Below, in pieces: positions 11,472 through 21,404 of a stretch of 33,016 bases of DNA. This stretch comes from Escherichia coli (GTDB taxonomy: Bacteria; Pseudomonadota; Gammaproteobacteria; Enterobacterales; Enterobacteriaceae): NCBI RefSeq assembly GCF_003334385.1, contig NZ_QOWN01000050.1; one strand, given 5' to 3'. Position numbers and translations under genes: made by a program. Within the stretch, counting starts at the first letter, position 1; the number at the start of each line of letters is the position of its first letter. A model generated the notes under the pieces. The model had not been told where the DNA came from. It searched no databases and saw nothing but the letters and a program-made list of their open reading frames with translations.

Positions 11472-12878
11472 ATGCGTACGTTTAGTGGCAAACGTAGTAC
11501 GCTGGCGCTGGCTATCGCCGGTGTTACAGCAATGTCGGGCTTTATGGCAATGCCGGAGGCTCGCGCCGAAGGATTCATCGACGATTCAACCTTAACCGGC
11601 GGTATCTATTACTGGCAGCGTGAACGCGACCGTAAAGATGTTACCGACGGCGACAAATACAAAACCAACCTTTCTCACTCCACCTGGAATGCCAACCTCG
11701 ATTTTCAGTCCGGTTATGCTGCTGATATGTTCGGCCTTGATATTGCTGCGTTTACGGCGATTGAAATGGCGGAAAACGGCGACAGCTCCCACCCGAACGA
11801 AATCGCGTTTTCAAAAAGTAATAAAGCCTATGACGAAGACTGGTCCGGCGACAAAAGCGGTATAAGCCTGTATAAAGCTGCGGCCAAATTTAAATACGGT
11901 CCGGTTTGGGCGAGGGCAGGTTACATTCAGCCAACTGGTCAAACGCTGTTAGCGCCGCACTGGAGCTTTATGCCAGGTACTTATCAGGGGGCGGAAGCCG
12001 GGGCGAATTTTGATTACGGCGATGCTGGTGCGTTGAGTTTCTCCTACATGTGGACCAACGAATACAAAGCGCCGTGGCATCTGGAAATGGATGAGTTTTA
12101 TCAGAACGATAAAACCACCAAAGTTGATTATCTGCACTCCTTTGGGGCGAAATACGACTTCAAAAATAACTTCGTACTGGAAGCGGCATTTGGTCAGGCG
12201 GAAGGGTATATCGGTCAATATTTTGCCAAAGCCAGCTACAAATTTGATATCGCCGGTAGCCCGTTAACCACCAGCTACCAGTTCTACGGTACCCGAGATA
12301 AAGTTGACGATCGCAGCGTCAACGACCTTTATGACGGCACCGCCTGGCTGCAAGCGTTGACCTTTGGTTACCGGGCGGCTGACGTAGTGGATTTGCGCCT
12401 CGAAGGCACCTGGGTTAAGGCTGACGGTCAGCAGGGATACTTCCTGCAACGTATGACTCCAACCTACGCTTCCTCAAACGGTCGCCTGGATATCTGGTGG
12501 GATAACCGTTCTGACTTCAACGCCAACGGCGAAAAAGCGGTCTTCTTCGGTGCGATGTATGACCTGAAAAACTGGAATCTTCCAGGCTTCGCCATCGGCG
12601 CTTCCTACGTTTACGCATGGGATGCTAAACTTGCGACCTGGCAGAGCAATCCGGATGCGTACTACGACAAAAACCGGACTATTGAAGAGTCTGCCTACAG
12701 CCTAGATGCGGTCTATACCATTCAGGACGGTCGCGCCAAAGGCACGATGTTCAAACTGCATTTCACCGAATACGACAACCACTCCGACATCCCAAGCTGG
12801 GGCGGTGGTTACGGCAACATCTTCCAGGATGAGCGTGACGTGAAATTTATGGTAATCGCACCATTCACCATCTTCTGA
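11472..12878 (+). CDS. chiP: chitoporin, OprD-family outer-membrane porin, 468 aa
   Basis: 468-aa ORF with a signal peptide ([32 protein letters not shown]) and a C-terminal aromatic residue (..FTIF), typical of a beta-barrel. Confidence 0.9.
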   Translation: MRTFSGKRSTLALAIAGVTAMSGFMAMPEARAEGFIDDSTLTGGIYYWQRERDRKDVTDGDKYKTNLSHSTWNANLDFQSGYAADMFGLDIAAFTAIEMAENGDSSHPNEIAFSKSNKAYDEDWSGDKSGISLYKAAAKFKYGPVWARAGYIQPTGQTLLAPHWSFMPGTYQGAEAGANFDYGDAGALSFSYMWTNEYKAPWHLEMDEFYQNDKTTKVDYLHSFGAKYDFKNNFVLEAAFGQAEGYIGQYFAKASYKFDIAGSPLTTSYQFYGTRDKVDDRSVNDLYDGTAWLQALTFGYRAADVVDLRLEGTWVKADGQQGYFLQRMTPTYASSNGRLDIWWDNRSDFNANGEKAVFFGAMYDLKNWNLPGFAIGASYVYAWDAKLATWQSNPDAYYDKNRTIEESAYSLDAVYTIQDGRAKGTMFKLHFTEYDNHSDIPSWGGGYGNIFQDERDVKFMVIAPFTIF

Positions 12879-12927
12879 TGCCCGACGCGGCAGGTTTTGT
12901 GCCTGCCGCACGTTTGAGGAATTTGCT

Positions 12928-13254
12928 ATGAAAAAACTGATTCTCATCGCCATAATGGCATCGGGGCTGGTAGCTTGTGCGCAATCAACCGCGCCACAGG
13001 AAGACAGTCGTCTGAAAGAGGCATACAGCGCCTGTATCAACACCGCACAAGGTTCGCCAGAAAAAATTGAAGCCTGCCAGAGCGTGTTAAACGTGCTGAA
13101 GAAAGAGAAACAACATCAGCAGTTTGCCGACCAGGAAAGTGTACGCGTACTGGATTATCAGCAGTGTCTGCGTGCAACGCAAACCGGAAATGATCAGGCG
13201 GTGAAAGCCGATTGTGATAAAGTCTGGCAGGAAATACGCAGTAATAACAAATAA
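12928..13254 (+). CDS. chiQ: small lipoprotein ChiQ, 108 aa
   Basis: Lipobox LVAC in MKKLILIAIMASGLVACAQ; 49 bp downstream of chiP. Confidence 0.85.
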   Translation: MKKLILIAIMASGLVACAQSTAPQEDSRLKEAYSACINTAQGSPEKIEACQSVLNVLKKEKQHQQFADQESVRVLDYQQCLRATQTGNDQAVKADCDKVWQEIRSNNK

Positions 13255-13294
13255 GTGAGAGCTGTAACTCTCGCTTTTCTTATTTCCCTTGCAT

Positions 13295-13325
13295 AAAAAA
13301 GCCAACCCGCAGGTTGGCTTTTCTC
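13295..13325. terminator. bidirectional rho-independent terminator between convergent chiQ and fur
   Basis: AAAAAA-GCCAACC-CGCA-GGTTGGC-TTTTCT: perfect 7-bp stem with an A-run upstream and a T-run downstream. Confidence 0.8.
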
Positions 13326-13337
13326 GTTCAGGCTGGC

Positions 13338-13784
13338 TTATTTGCCTTCGTGCGCATGTTCATCTTCGCGGCAATCGCCTTCGGCACAGTGACCGTAAAG
13401 ATAGAGACTGTGGTTAGTCAGGCGAATGCCATGTTTTGCGGCAATTTCACGCTGACGCGCTTCGATGGAATCATCACTAAATTCGATAACCTTGCCGCAG
13501 TCGAGGCAGATCAGGTGATCGTGGTGATGTTGCTGTGTCAGTTCAAATACGGATTTACCGCCTTCAAAATTGTGGCGGGTGACGATACCAGCGTCGTCAA
13601 ACTGGTTCAGTACGCGATATACCGTAGCCAGACCAATTTCTTCACCCATATCGATCAGACGTTTGTATAAATCTTCCGCACTGACGTGATGGTTGTCCGG
13701 CTCCTGAAGAACTTCCAGGATTTTTAAACGAGGAAGCGTTACTTTCAGGCCAGCTTTCTTTAGGGCGGTATTGTTATCAGTCAT
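13338..13784 (-). CDS. fur: ferric uptake regulator Fur, 148 aa
   Basis: MTDNNTALKKAGLKVTLPRLKILEVLQEP... with the HHHDH metal-site motif. Confidence 0.95.
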   Translation of the reverse strand: MTDNNTALKKAGLKVTLPRLKILEVLQEPDNHHVSAEDLYKRLIDMGEEIGLATVYRVLNQFDDAGIVTRHNFEGGKSVFELTQQHHHDHLICLDCGKVIEFSDDSIEARQREIAAKHGIRLTNHSLYLYGHCAEGDCREDEHAHEGK

Positions 13785-13863
13785 GCGGAATCTGTCCTGT
13801 TACTAAGCGGTTCACTTCATTAGAAGAAGTGACAGAATTTGCTCTTGAGATAATGCGTATCAT
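13777..13863 (-). CDS. uof: uof, 28-codon upstream ORF translationally coupled to fur
   Basis: MIRIISRANSVTSSNEVNRLVTGQIPHD matches the published uof peptide; its stop overlaps the fur ATG by 8 nt. Confidence 0.75.
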   Translation of the reverse strand: MIRIISRANSVTSSNEVNRLVTGQIPHD

Positions 13864-13868
13864 TATAG
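13847..13868. promoter_or_regulatory. Fur-box-like motif overlapping the uof start
   Basis: GAGATAATGCGTATCATTATAG resembles the Fur box consensus GATAATGATAATCATTATC. Confidence 0.4.
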
Positions 13869-14041
13869 AATTGCCACGCCTAAATGAAAACCACAAGTCC
13901 CTGGCAAATATTGTTAATAAAAACGTGGCACAGCTTACATTTACAACGGCAAGGCCACTTGAACACCGGGACATTGTACAGGTACAACAGCAAAAGTTAC
14001 AAATTTGTAGCAATTATTTTGATTGGCATTATCTATTAATA

Positions 14042-14066
14042 CGGCGTAGACATGAGTCTACGCCGC
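14042..14066 (-). terminator. stem-loop just downstream of the fldA stop
   Basis: CGGCGTAGAC-ATGA-GTCTACGCCG, a perfect 10-bp stem. The downstream T-tract on the minus strand is weak, so this may be a partial terminator or RNA-processing structure. Confidence 0.4.
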
Positions 14067-14072
14067 ATCACA

Positions 14073-14603
14073 TCAGGCATTGAGAATTTCGTCGAGATGC
14101 AACTCTTCAGAAATCTGTTTAACCCATTTTTCTACACGTTCAGCGGTCAGTTCCGGCTGACGGTCTTCGTCGATAGCCAGACCGACAAAGTGGTCGTCAT
14201 CTGCCAGACCTTTTGATGCTTCGAAATGATAGCCCGCAGTTGGCCAGTGACCAACGATGGTTGCACCGCGCGGTTCAATGATGTCGCGGATGGTGCCCAA
14301 TGCGTCGCAGAAATATTCGGCGTAATCTTCCTGGTCACCACAACCAAACAGCGCAACCAGTTTGCCGTTGAAATCAATCTCTTCGAGAGTCGGGAAGAAG
14401 TCATCCCAGTCACACTGCGCTTCGCCGTAATACCAGGTTGGGATGCCCAGCAGCAGAATGTCATAAGCTTCCAGATCTTCTTTGCTGCTTTTTGCAATGT
14501 CATGGACATCGGCAACGTCTTTACCAAGCTGTTTTTGAATCATTTTTGCGATATTTTCGGTATTACCGGTGTCGCTGCCGAAAAAGATGCCAGTGATAGC
14601 CAT
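14073..14603 (-). CDS. fldA: flavodoxin 1, 176 aa
   Basis: Internal Met 40 of the track ORF gives [23 protein letters not shown], the flavodoxin FMN-binding loop. Confidence 0.95.
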
Positions 14604-14742
14604 GAGTGAAATAACCTCTTGAAACTTATTGAAATGGGGGTGGAAAATTGCCCACGGATAAAGGCAATCATAGCAGAACAGGCAGTCTTGCGGAATCAGC
14701 AAACGAGCAGGACTGCACACTGTGCTACATGAAAGTGGAAAT

Positions 14743-15036
14743 TTAAACGATGCCCTGACTACGCAGCGCCGCCAGTTGCTGCATTAACATCTCTTCGATC
14801 AGTTCGCTACGGCTCATATTGCGCGACTCCGCCAGCTCGTTCAGCGCCTCGACAGCTTCCGCGTTCAGCTTCAGTTCGACACGCTTAAGGCCACGTACTT
14901 TGTCGCGTTTTAGCTGGTTGCGTTTATTAATACGCAGCTGTTCATCGCGCGAAAGCGGATTAGTTTTCGGTCGTCCCGGTCGACGCTCGTGCGCGAACAG
15001 ATCTAATGTCGTACGGTCCGTTTGTTCTTTGGCCAT
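14743..15036 (-). CDS. ybfE: LexA-regulated small protein YbfE, 97 aa
   Basis: Internal Met gives [28 protein letters not shown]... Confidence 0.8.
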   Translation of the reverse strand: MAKEQTDRTTLDLFAHERRPGRPKTNPLSRDEQLRINKRNQLKRDKVRGLKRVELKLNAEAVEALNELAESRNMSRSELIEEMLMQQLAALRSQGIV

Positions 15037-15152
15037 GATCTTGGTGACTTCGGGGGAAACAATCAGCCAGGCCTCTGCCCGGATGGATAGCGCGCCATAA
15101 TACATCAGCGCGATGAGTCACGCCAACGCCCACGCGCGGAAAGCGACGCGGA

Positions 15153-15172
15153 CGCTGGGTTTTTAATCAGTT
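15153..15172. promoter_or_regulatory. candidate LexA (SOS) box upstream of ybfE
   Basis: CGCTGGGTTTTTAATCAGTT has the form CTG-N10-CAG with an AT-rich centre; about 120 bp upstream of the ybfE ATG. Confidence 0.4.
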
Positions 15173-15175
15173 GCG

Positions 15176-15940
15176 TTAATCATTGAGATAGCGACGGATA
15201 GCGCGTAATACCGCATCCGGTTTTTCAGCATGGACCCAGTGACCCGCGCCTGCAATCACATGCGCCCGTGCCTGTGGAAATTGAGCCAGTAAATCATCAC
15301 GGTACTGCTCGCTAACATACGGAGAATTGCCGCCAGGGATAAACAGGGCAGGGTGATCCCATGCCGGGATTTTCTCCCAACCTACAATATGCGGATACTG
15401 ATCCCACAATACCGGCACGTTAAAGCGCCACTCCCCGTCAACAAAAGATTTCAGCAGAAACTGAATCACCCCTTCTTCATTAAGATGCTGGCGCATTATT
15501 GCTGCTGCTTGCTGGCGAGTTTGTGCGTCCGATTCACTGACCGCGTTGATAGCCGCAAAAATCTCATCATGACGGCGTACGTGATAGTCGACCGGCGCGA
15601 TATCGATCGCTACCAGTTTATCGATGCGATCGGAGGCTAGTGCAGTAAGTGCCATTACCGCTTTACCGCCCATGGAGTGACCGATAAATGTTGCTTTGTC
15701 GATCTGCTGTGCATCCAGAGTATCAACAAGATCCTGCGCCATCGCCGGGTAATTCATTACCGGATCTCTCGGTGAAAGACCGTGGTTACGCATATCAACC
15801 TGGATGATATTGTGATCGTTTACCAGATCGCGAGCCAGTACGCCAAGGTTGTCGAGGCTGCCAAACAGACCGTGGACAAGAACGATGGGAGAATTATTGT
15901 GCTGGTTTTGTGCAGTTTGCGCGCGGATATTCAATTTCAT
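15176..15940 (-). CDS. ybfF: alpha/beta-hydrolase esterase YbfF, 254 aa
   Basis: Nucleophile elbow GHSMGG and length match YbfF. Confidence 0.9.
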   Translation of the reverse strand: MKLNIRAQTAQNQHNNSPIVLVHGLFGSLDNLGVLARDLVNDHNIIQVDMRNHGLSPRDPVMNYPAMAQDLVDTLDAQQIDKATFIGHSMGGKAVMALTALASDRIDKLVAIDIAPVDYHVRRHDEIFAAINAVSESDAQTRQQAAAIMRQHLNEEGVIQFLLKSFVDGEWRFNVPVLWDQYPHIVGWEKIPAWDHPALFIPGGNSPYVSEQYRDDLLAQFPQARAHVIAGAGHWVHAEKPDAVLRAIRRYLND

Positions 15941-16124
15941 GGCAAAGTTCTTTTTTTCGCGTTGTCGGGTTAGGGTATTATGTTGACCATTGTGCCACAG
16001 GGCTGCAACAAATAAGGTTTATTCCGAGTTTTTCTGCAAGCCAGGCTTGACGCTATCCGCTGCCGGGATTTATTCATATACTCCTGGCGACTTGTATTCA
16101 GCTAAGACACTGCACTGGATTAAG

Positions 16125-16670
16125 ATGAAAACGATTGAAGTTGATGATGAACTCTACAGCTATATTGCCAGCCACACTAAGCATATCGGCGAGAGCGCAT
16201 CCGACATTTTACGGCGTATGTTGAAATTTTCCGCCGCATCACAGCCTGCTGCTCCGGTGACGAAAGAGGTTCGCGTTGCGTCACCTGCTATCGTCGAAGC
16301 GAAGCCGGTCAAAACGATTAAAGACAAGGTTCGCGCAATGCGTGAACTTCTGCTTTCGGATGAATACGCAGAGCAAAAGCGAGCGGTCAATCGCTTTATG
16401 CTGCTGTTGTCTACACTATATTCTCTTGACGCCCAGGCGTTTGCCGAAGCAACGGAATCGTTGCACGGTCGTACACGCGTTTACTTTGCGGCAGATGAAC
16501 AAACGCTGCTGAAAAATGGTAATCAGACCAAGCCGAAACATGTGCCAGGCACGCCGTATTGGGTGATCACCAACACCAACACCGGCCGTAAATGCAGCAT
16601 GATCGAACACATCATGCAGTCGATGCAATTCCCGGCGGAATTGATTGAGAAGGTTTGCGGAACTATCTAA
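16125..16670 (+). CDS. seqA: replication-initiation negative regulator SeqA, 181 aa
   Basis: Internal Met gives [35 protein letters not shown]. Confidence 0.95.
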
Positions 16671-16695
16671 AACGTTGCAGACAAAGGACAAAGCA

Positions 16696-18336
16696 ATGGC
16701 AATCCACAATCGTGCAGGCCAACCTGCACAACAGAGTGATTTGATTAACGTCGCCCAACTGACGGCGCAATATTATGTACTGAAACCAGAAGCAGGGAAT
16801 GCGGAGCACGCGGTGAAATTCGGTACTTCCGGTCACCGTGGCAGTGCAGCGCGCCACAGCTTTAACGAGCCGCACATTCTGGCGATCGCTCAGGCAATTG
16901 CTGAAGAACGTGCGAAAAACGGCATCACTGGCCCTTGCTATGTGGGTAAAGATACTCACGCCCTGTCCGAACCTGCATTCATTTCCGTTCTGGAAGTGCT
17001 GGCAGCGAACGGCGTTGATGTCATTGTGCAGGAAAACAATGGCTTCACCCCGACGCCTGCCGTTTCCAATGCCATCCTGGTTCACAATAAAAAAGGTGGC
17101 CCGCTGGCAGACGGTATCGTGATTACACCGTCCCATAACCCGCCGGAAGATGGTGGAATCAAATACAATCCGCCAAATGGTGGCCCGGCTGATACCAACG
17201 TCACTAAAGTGGTGGAAGACAGGGCCAACGCACTGCTGGCCGATGGCCTGAAAGGCGTGAAGCGTATCTCCCTCGACGAAGCGATGGCATCCGGTCATGT
17301 GAAAGAGCAGGATCTGGTGCAGCCGTTCGTGGAAGGTCTGGCCGATATCGTTGATATGGCCGCGATTCAGAAAGCGGGCCTGACGCTGGGCGTTGATCCG
17401 CTGGGCGGTTCCGGTATCGAATACTGGAAGCGTATTGGCGAGTATTACAACCTCAACCTGACTATCGTTAACGATCAGGTCGATCAAACCTTCCGCTTTA
17501 TGCACCTTGATAAAGACGGCGCGATCCGTATGGACTGCTCCTCCGAGTGTGCGATGGCGGGCCTGCTGGCACTGCGTGATAAGTTCGATCTGGCGTTTGC
17601 TAACGACCCGGATTATGACCGTCACGGTATCGTCACTCCGGCAGGTTTGATGAATCCGAACCACTACCTGGCGGTGGCAATCAATTACCTGTTCCAGCAT
17701 CGTCCGCAGTGGGGCAAAGATGTTGCCGTCGGTAAAACGCTGGTTTCATCTGCGATGATCGACCGTGTGGTCAACGACTTGGGCCGTAAACTGGTAGAAG
17801 TCCCGGTAGGTTTCAAATGGTTTGTCGATGGTCTGTTCGACGGCAGCTTCGGCTTTGGCGGCGAAGAGAGTGCAGGGGCTTCCTTCCTGCGTTTCGACGG
17901 CACGCCGTGGTCCACCGACAAAGACGGCATCATCATGTGTCTGCTGGCGGCGGAAATCACCGCTGTCACCGGTAAGAACCCGCAGGAACACTACAACGAA
18001 CTGGCAAAACGCTTTGGTGCGCCGAGCTACAACCGTTTGCAGGCAGCTGCGACTTCCGCACAAAAAGCGGCGCTGTCTAAGCTGTCTCCGGAAATGGTGA
18101 GCGCCAGCACCCTGGCAGGTGACCCGATCACCGCGCGCCTGACTGCTGCTCCGGGCAACGGTGCTTCTATTGGCGGTCTGAAAGTGATGACTGACAACGG
18201 CTGGTTCGCCGCGCGTCCGTCAGGCACGGAAGACGCATATAAGATCTACTGCGAAAGCTTCCTCGGTGAAGAACATCGCAAGCAGATTGAGAAAGAAGCG
18301 GTTGAGATTGTTAGCGAAGTTCTGAAAAACGCGTAA
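16696..18336 (+). CDS. pgm: phosphoglucomutase, 546 aa
   Basis: [16 protein letters not shown]... with the phosphoserine loop TPSHNP; 25 bp downstream of seqA. Confidence 0.95.
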
Positions 18337-18353
18337 ACACATTTAATAAAAAA

Positions 18354-18380
18354 AGGGCGGTCGCAAGATCGCCCTTTTTT
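18354..18380 (+). terminator. rho-independent terminator after pgm
   Basis: AAAGGGCG-GTCGCAAGAT-CGCCCTTT followed by a T-run. Confidence 0.75.
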
Positions 18381-18400
18381 ACGTATGACAAACACAGAAT

Positions 18401-18500
18401 TGCCTGATGCGCTACGCTTATCAGGCCTACGAGGATGGTGCAATATATTGAATTTAAGCGATTTTGTAGGCCGGATAAGGCGTTCACGCCGCATCCGGCA
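18401..18500. repeat. RIP/BIME-type element
   Basis: TGCCTGATGCGCTACGCTTATCAGGCCTAC ... GCAATATATTGAAT ... GTAGGCCGGATAAGGCGTTCACGCCGCATCCGGCA. Confidence 0.8.
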
Positions 18501-18549
18501 AAAACAACGAACACTTTGTCAACAAACTGAGTAGCTCAAGGAAATCCCA

Positions 18550-19044
18550 ATGAAGACCAACAGGAGTCTGGTCGTCATAGTGTCACTAATTACCGCCACA
18601 TTACTGCTGACTGCATGCGCCCAACCTGAACAATCATCATTAGCTGGCGACTGGTTACTGACCCCTAAAGATAAAACCAGAGGATTAACGGGTAGCATTG
18701 CGGTAAATATTGCACCTTTCCGGTGTAAGACAAATTGCCGTGGTGATAACTTACCTGATAATACCCGCCGCTGGCAGTTGTCAGGCGGGAACGAAAAAGA
18801 ACTTACTTATCTTCATAATATGTCAGCACAAGAAAAGGTCGGTTTAAATCCCGGTTGGCAATGCTACACCTCATTTTTTATGCGGGTTTGCCAGGGCAAG
18901 CCCGGCACTCGACCGATAGTCAATGAGGATTATGTCAGCGAAAGCGGATTTTTTGGCTCGATGATGCATGTCGGGATTATTGAGTTACGACGCTGCCAGT
19001 CAGAAAATTGCCAGCAAGAATTGAAAGCGATAAATACACATTAA
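18550..19044 (+). CDS. ybfP: lipoprotein YbfP, 164 aa
   Basis: Signal peptide with lipobox LTAC (MKTNRSLVVIVSLITATLLLTACAQ). Confidence 0.8.
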   Translation: MKTNRSLVVIVSLITATLLLTACAQPEQSSLAGDWLLTPKDKTRGLTGSIAVNIAPFRCKTNCRGDNLPDNTRRWQLSGGNEKELTYLHNMSAQEKVGLNPGWQCYTSFFMRVCQGKPGTRPIVNEDYVSESGFFGSMMHVGIIELRRCQSENCQQELKAINTH

Positions 19045-19084
19045 AATAGTGAGTCCGGGAATGAAACCCGGACCTGAACATGTC

Positions 19085-19735
19085 TTATTGCGTGAATGTT
19101 TCTTTCATTTGATACTGCATTTCCCAGAGTTCAGTAAGCGAAATAACTTTTCTTGTTCTTGCTTCTTCACTTTGTACCCATAAGAAAGGGTAGAACGTGA
19201 AGGCTTCCGTTGCCGATAATTTTATTACGTCTTCTCGCCATTGCTGCCATCGTACATTTTCATAGAAGGTATCTAAATCACCGGATAATGCCCACTGAAG
19301 AAACTCAGAATATCCAACTTCCAGACTTTCCCAATTCAGCGTATCTGGCGCAAAATAATAAACGCAGCCAGTATCTTCCCCAAGATCGCCACCATTAAGA
19401 GCAAAAATTCCCCCTGCGACATCGTCAGCGATGGGTAAAGCCCGCACGCCTGCGAATTCAGGGCGTTGTGTCCAACTTACTGGATCTCGTGGCAACCGGG
19501 GGTGACCAGATCCTGCTATGCGTAACCAACCATTATCAATCAGCAGACCTCCGGAGCCATAGACAAGCGCACCCATCGGTGATTTTGTTGTCACCTGTAA
19601 TTGATAAAGTGCGGTTTCGGCTAAATCTTTATTAACCGGTAAGAGTTCGGTATGGTTTGTGGCGTCTTTTAACCAGTTCTGGATTATTGGCCAGGCTGAA
19701 TCTTCAGTATTTACTAACTGATTCATTTCACGCAT
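19085..19735 (-). CDS. ybfG: uncharacterised protein YbfG (I recall DUF2625 family), intact here, about 216 aa
   Basis: The track ORF runs 19085..19843; I place the start at the internal ATG (19733..19735), which has AAGGAG 9 nt upstream. Confidence 0.6.
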   Translation of the reverse strand: MREMNQLVNTEDSAWPIIQNWLKDATNHTELLPVNKDLAETALYQLQVTTKSPMGALVYGSGGLLIDNGWLRIAGSGHPRLPRDPVSWTQRPEFAGVRALPIADDVAGGIFALNGGDLGEDTGCVYYFAPDTLNWESLEVGYSEFLQWALSGDLDTFYENVRWQQWREDVIKLSATEAFTFYPFLWVQSEEARTRKVISLTELWEMQYQMKETFTQ

Positions 19736-19856
19736 CGCTACTTGCTCCTTGTGTGCTACGGTGTCATTTATGATGAGGAATTGTATGGAACATTTTTTAA
19801 ATATTAAGTTCCTTATATTTGAATAAAAAATGACTTTATCCATACATTGCCACTTT

Positions 19857-19989
19857 TTTCAAAGCATAAACCGATACCCAATACCGGTTTCAGTAATAAA
19901 ATGGCGAGGCCGGGCCGGATCCTGTTCCAGTTTTTGTCGCAGATGCCCCATATAATTACGCAAATAGTTGCTGTGTTCGATCGCGTTTA
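19857..19989 (-). pseudogene. 3' remnant of a kdpE-like response regulator (C-terminal winged-helix, about 44 codons)
   Basis: About 90 percent nucleotide identity to the 3' end of kdpE at 24195..24330, same orientation, in frame, with the stop conserved: LNAIEHSNYLRNYMGHLRQKLEQDPARPRHFITETGIGYRFML. No N-terminal receiver domain or start codon. I think K-12 annotates this as pseudogene ybfI but am not certain. Confidence 0.6.
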
Positions 19990-20044
19990 GACCCTACATC
20001 TGCCGGATGCGGCATAAATAACGAACTATTTGCCAACAAACAGA

Positions 20045-20075
20045 AAGGGCGATCATTCAATCGCCCTTTTTTACT
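20045..20075. terminator. rho-independent terminator downstream of potE
   Basis: GGGCGAT-CATTCA-ATCGCCC hairpin with T-rich flanks on both strands. Confidence 0.75.
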
Positions 20076-20083
20076 TTGTTTTA

Positions 20084-21404
20084 TTAACCGTGTTTATTTT
20101 TCAGTTCAAAGCGTGGTGATACCAGACCATACAGTGTCCAACCAAGGAAGGTCACGATGGAACCGTACAGCATGGCTTCTTCCCCGGATGAGTACAGCGC
20201 ATAAAAGCTATACATCGCGCCAACAAAAGCAACAAAGTTTGCAACTTTCGCTTTTGAGGGGGGCACATTAGCGACCTTCTGAATAATGACTAATGCCGCC
20301 ATTGACAGAATATACGGAATGATATTGGTCACCACGGCCAGGTTAACCAGCACGTTGAACTGACTGTTTAGCGACGGGCTAATGGTCATCAGTGCCAATC
20401 CACTCTGAATAATCACAATGGTCAACATTCCCTGCACCGGTGCATCCACTTTGGTTACACGGGAGAAAATTTTAGGGAAGTAGCCTTCATCAGATGAAGA
20501 TTTAAACACCTGGGCAATGGTGAACTGCCAGCCAAGTAGCGAACCGCAGCAGGACATCACCATCAGCGCCATAATGACTTTACCCACTTCCGGCGTGAAC
20601 ATCTGCGCGAAGGCCAGACCAAATGGTGCCGTTGAATTTGCCAGCTCCATATTTGGCACAATCCCGGCAATCACGTTGGTGGAGACGATATAAATCACCG
20701 CCGCACCTAACGTACCGCCGAGTACCGCGATTGGCACATTACGTTCCGGGTTTTCCACTACATCAGTATTCGCACACGCAGACTCCAGACCAAGAAAAGC
20801 TCACAGCGTCATAGCGATGGAAGAAACCTACCGCACTGAAGAACGGTGCATGATGCGGATTCCAGGAATCAACGTACAGCGTCGGGCTAAACCAGAACCA
20901 GCCAATAATGCACAGACCGACGACCGGAATAATGACCCCCCACACGGTAATGCTACTGATTTGCCCGGTAATGCGCGCACCACCAAAGTTAGCCACGGTA
21001 CAAATCCACAGCACCCCGATGGTCGCAAGACCAATCTGCACTGGCGACAAACTCGCGCCGAGCAGTTCGGTGCCGTAACCAACCGCCGAAATAGCAATCG
21101 CGACGTTAGCAATCAGCAGTGAGACGCCGTAGGTATAGTTCGCCATAAAGTTACCGGATTTACCGAAAGCATACTCGGCATAACCGCCCATACCGCCTGA
21201 TTTACGGCTGAACATACCGCATTTTGCGAATGCCCATGCCAGTGCCATTGAGCCTACGGCTGTCACCAGCCAGGAGATAATTGAGATTGTCCCGACTTCG
21301 GCAAGCTTTGTCGGCAGCATGATGATACCGGAGCCCATCATGTTGACCATCGTCAGTATGGTTAACTGAACGACGCCCATTTTGTTCGATTTAGCCTGAC
21401 TCAT
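20084..21404 (-). pseudogene. potE: putrescine-ornithine antiporter PotE, reading frame disrupted
   Basis: Two track ORFs in different frames (20763..21404 and 20084..20758) together cover the 439-aa PotE. The frame breaks after ..FFSAVG by one extra T in a T-run (+ strand AAA at 20824..20826), and the restored frame reads SSIAMTL-stop-AFLGLESACANTDVVENPERNV, with TGA (+ strand 20801..20803) where Trp is expected. Confidence 0.8.

Noticed and set aside
16663-17700. 345-aa ORF antisense to pgm
   Set aside because: Shadow ORF inside pgm with no independent start context.
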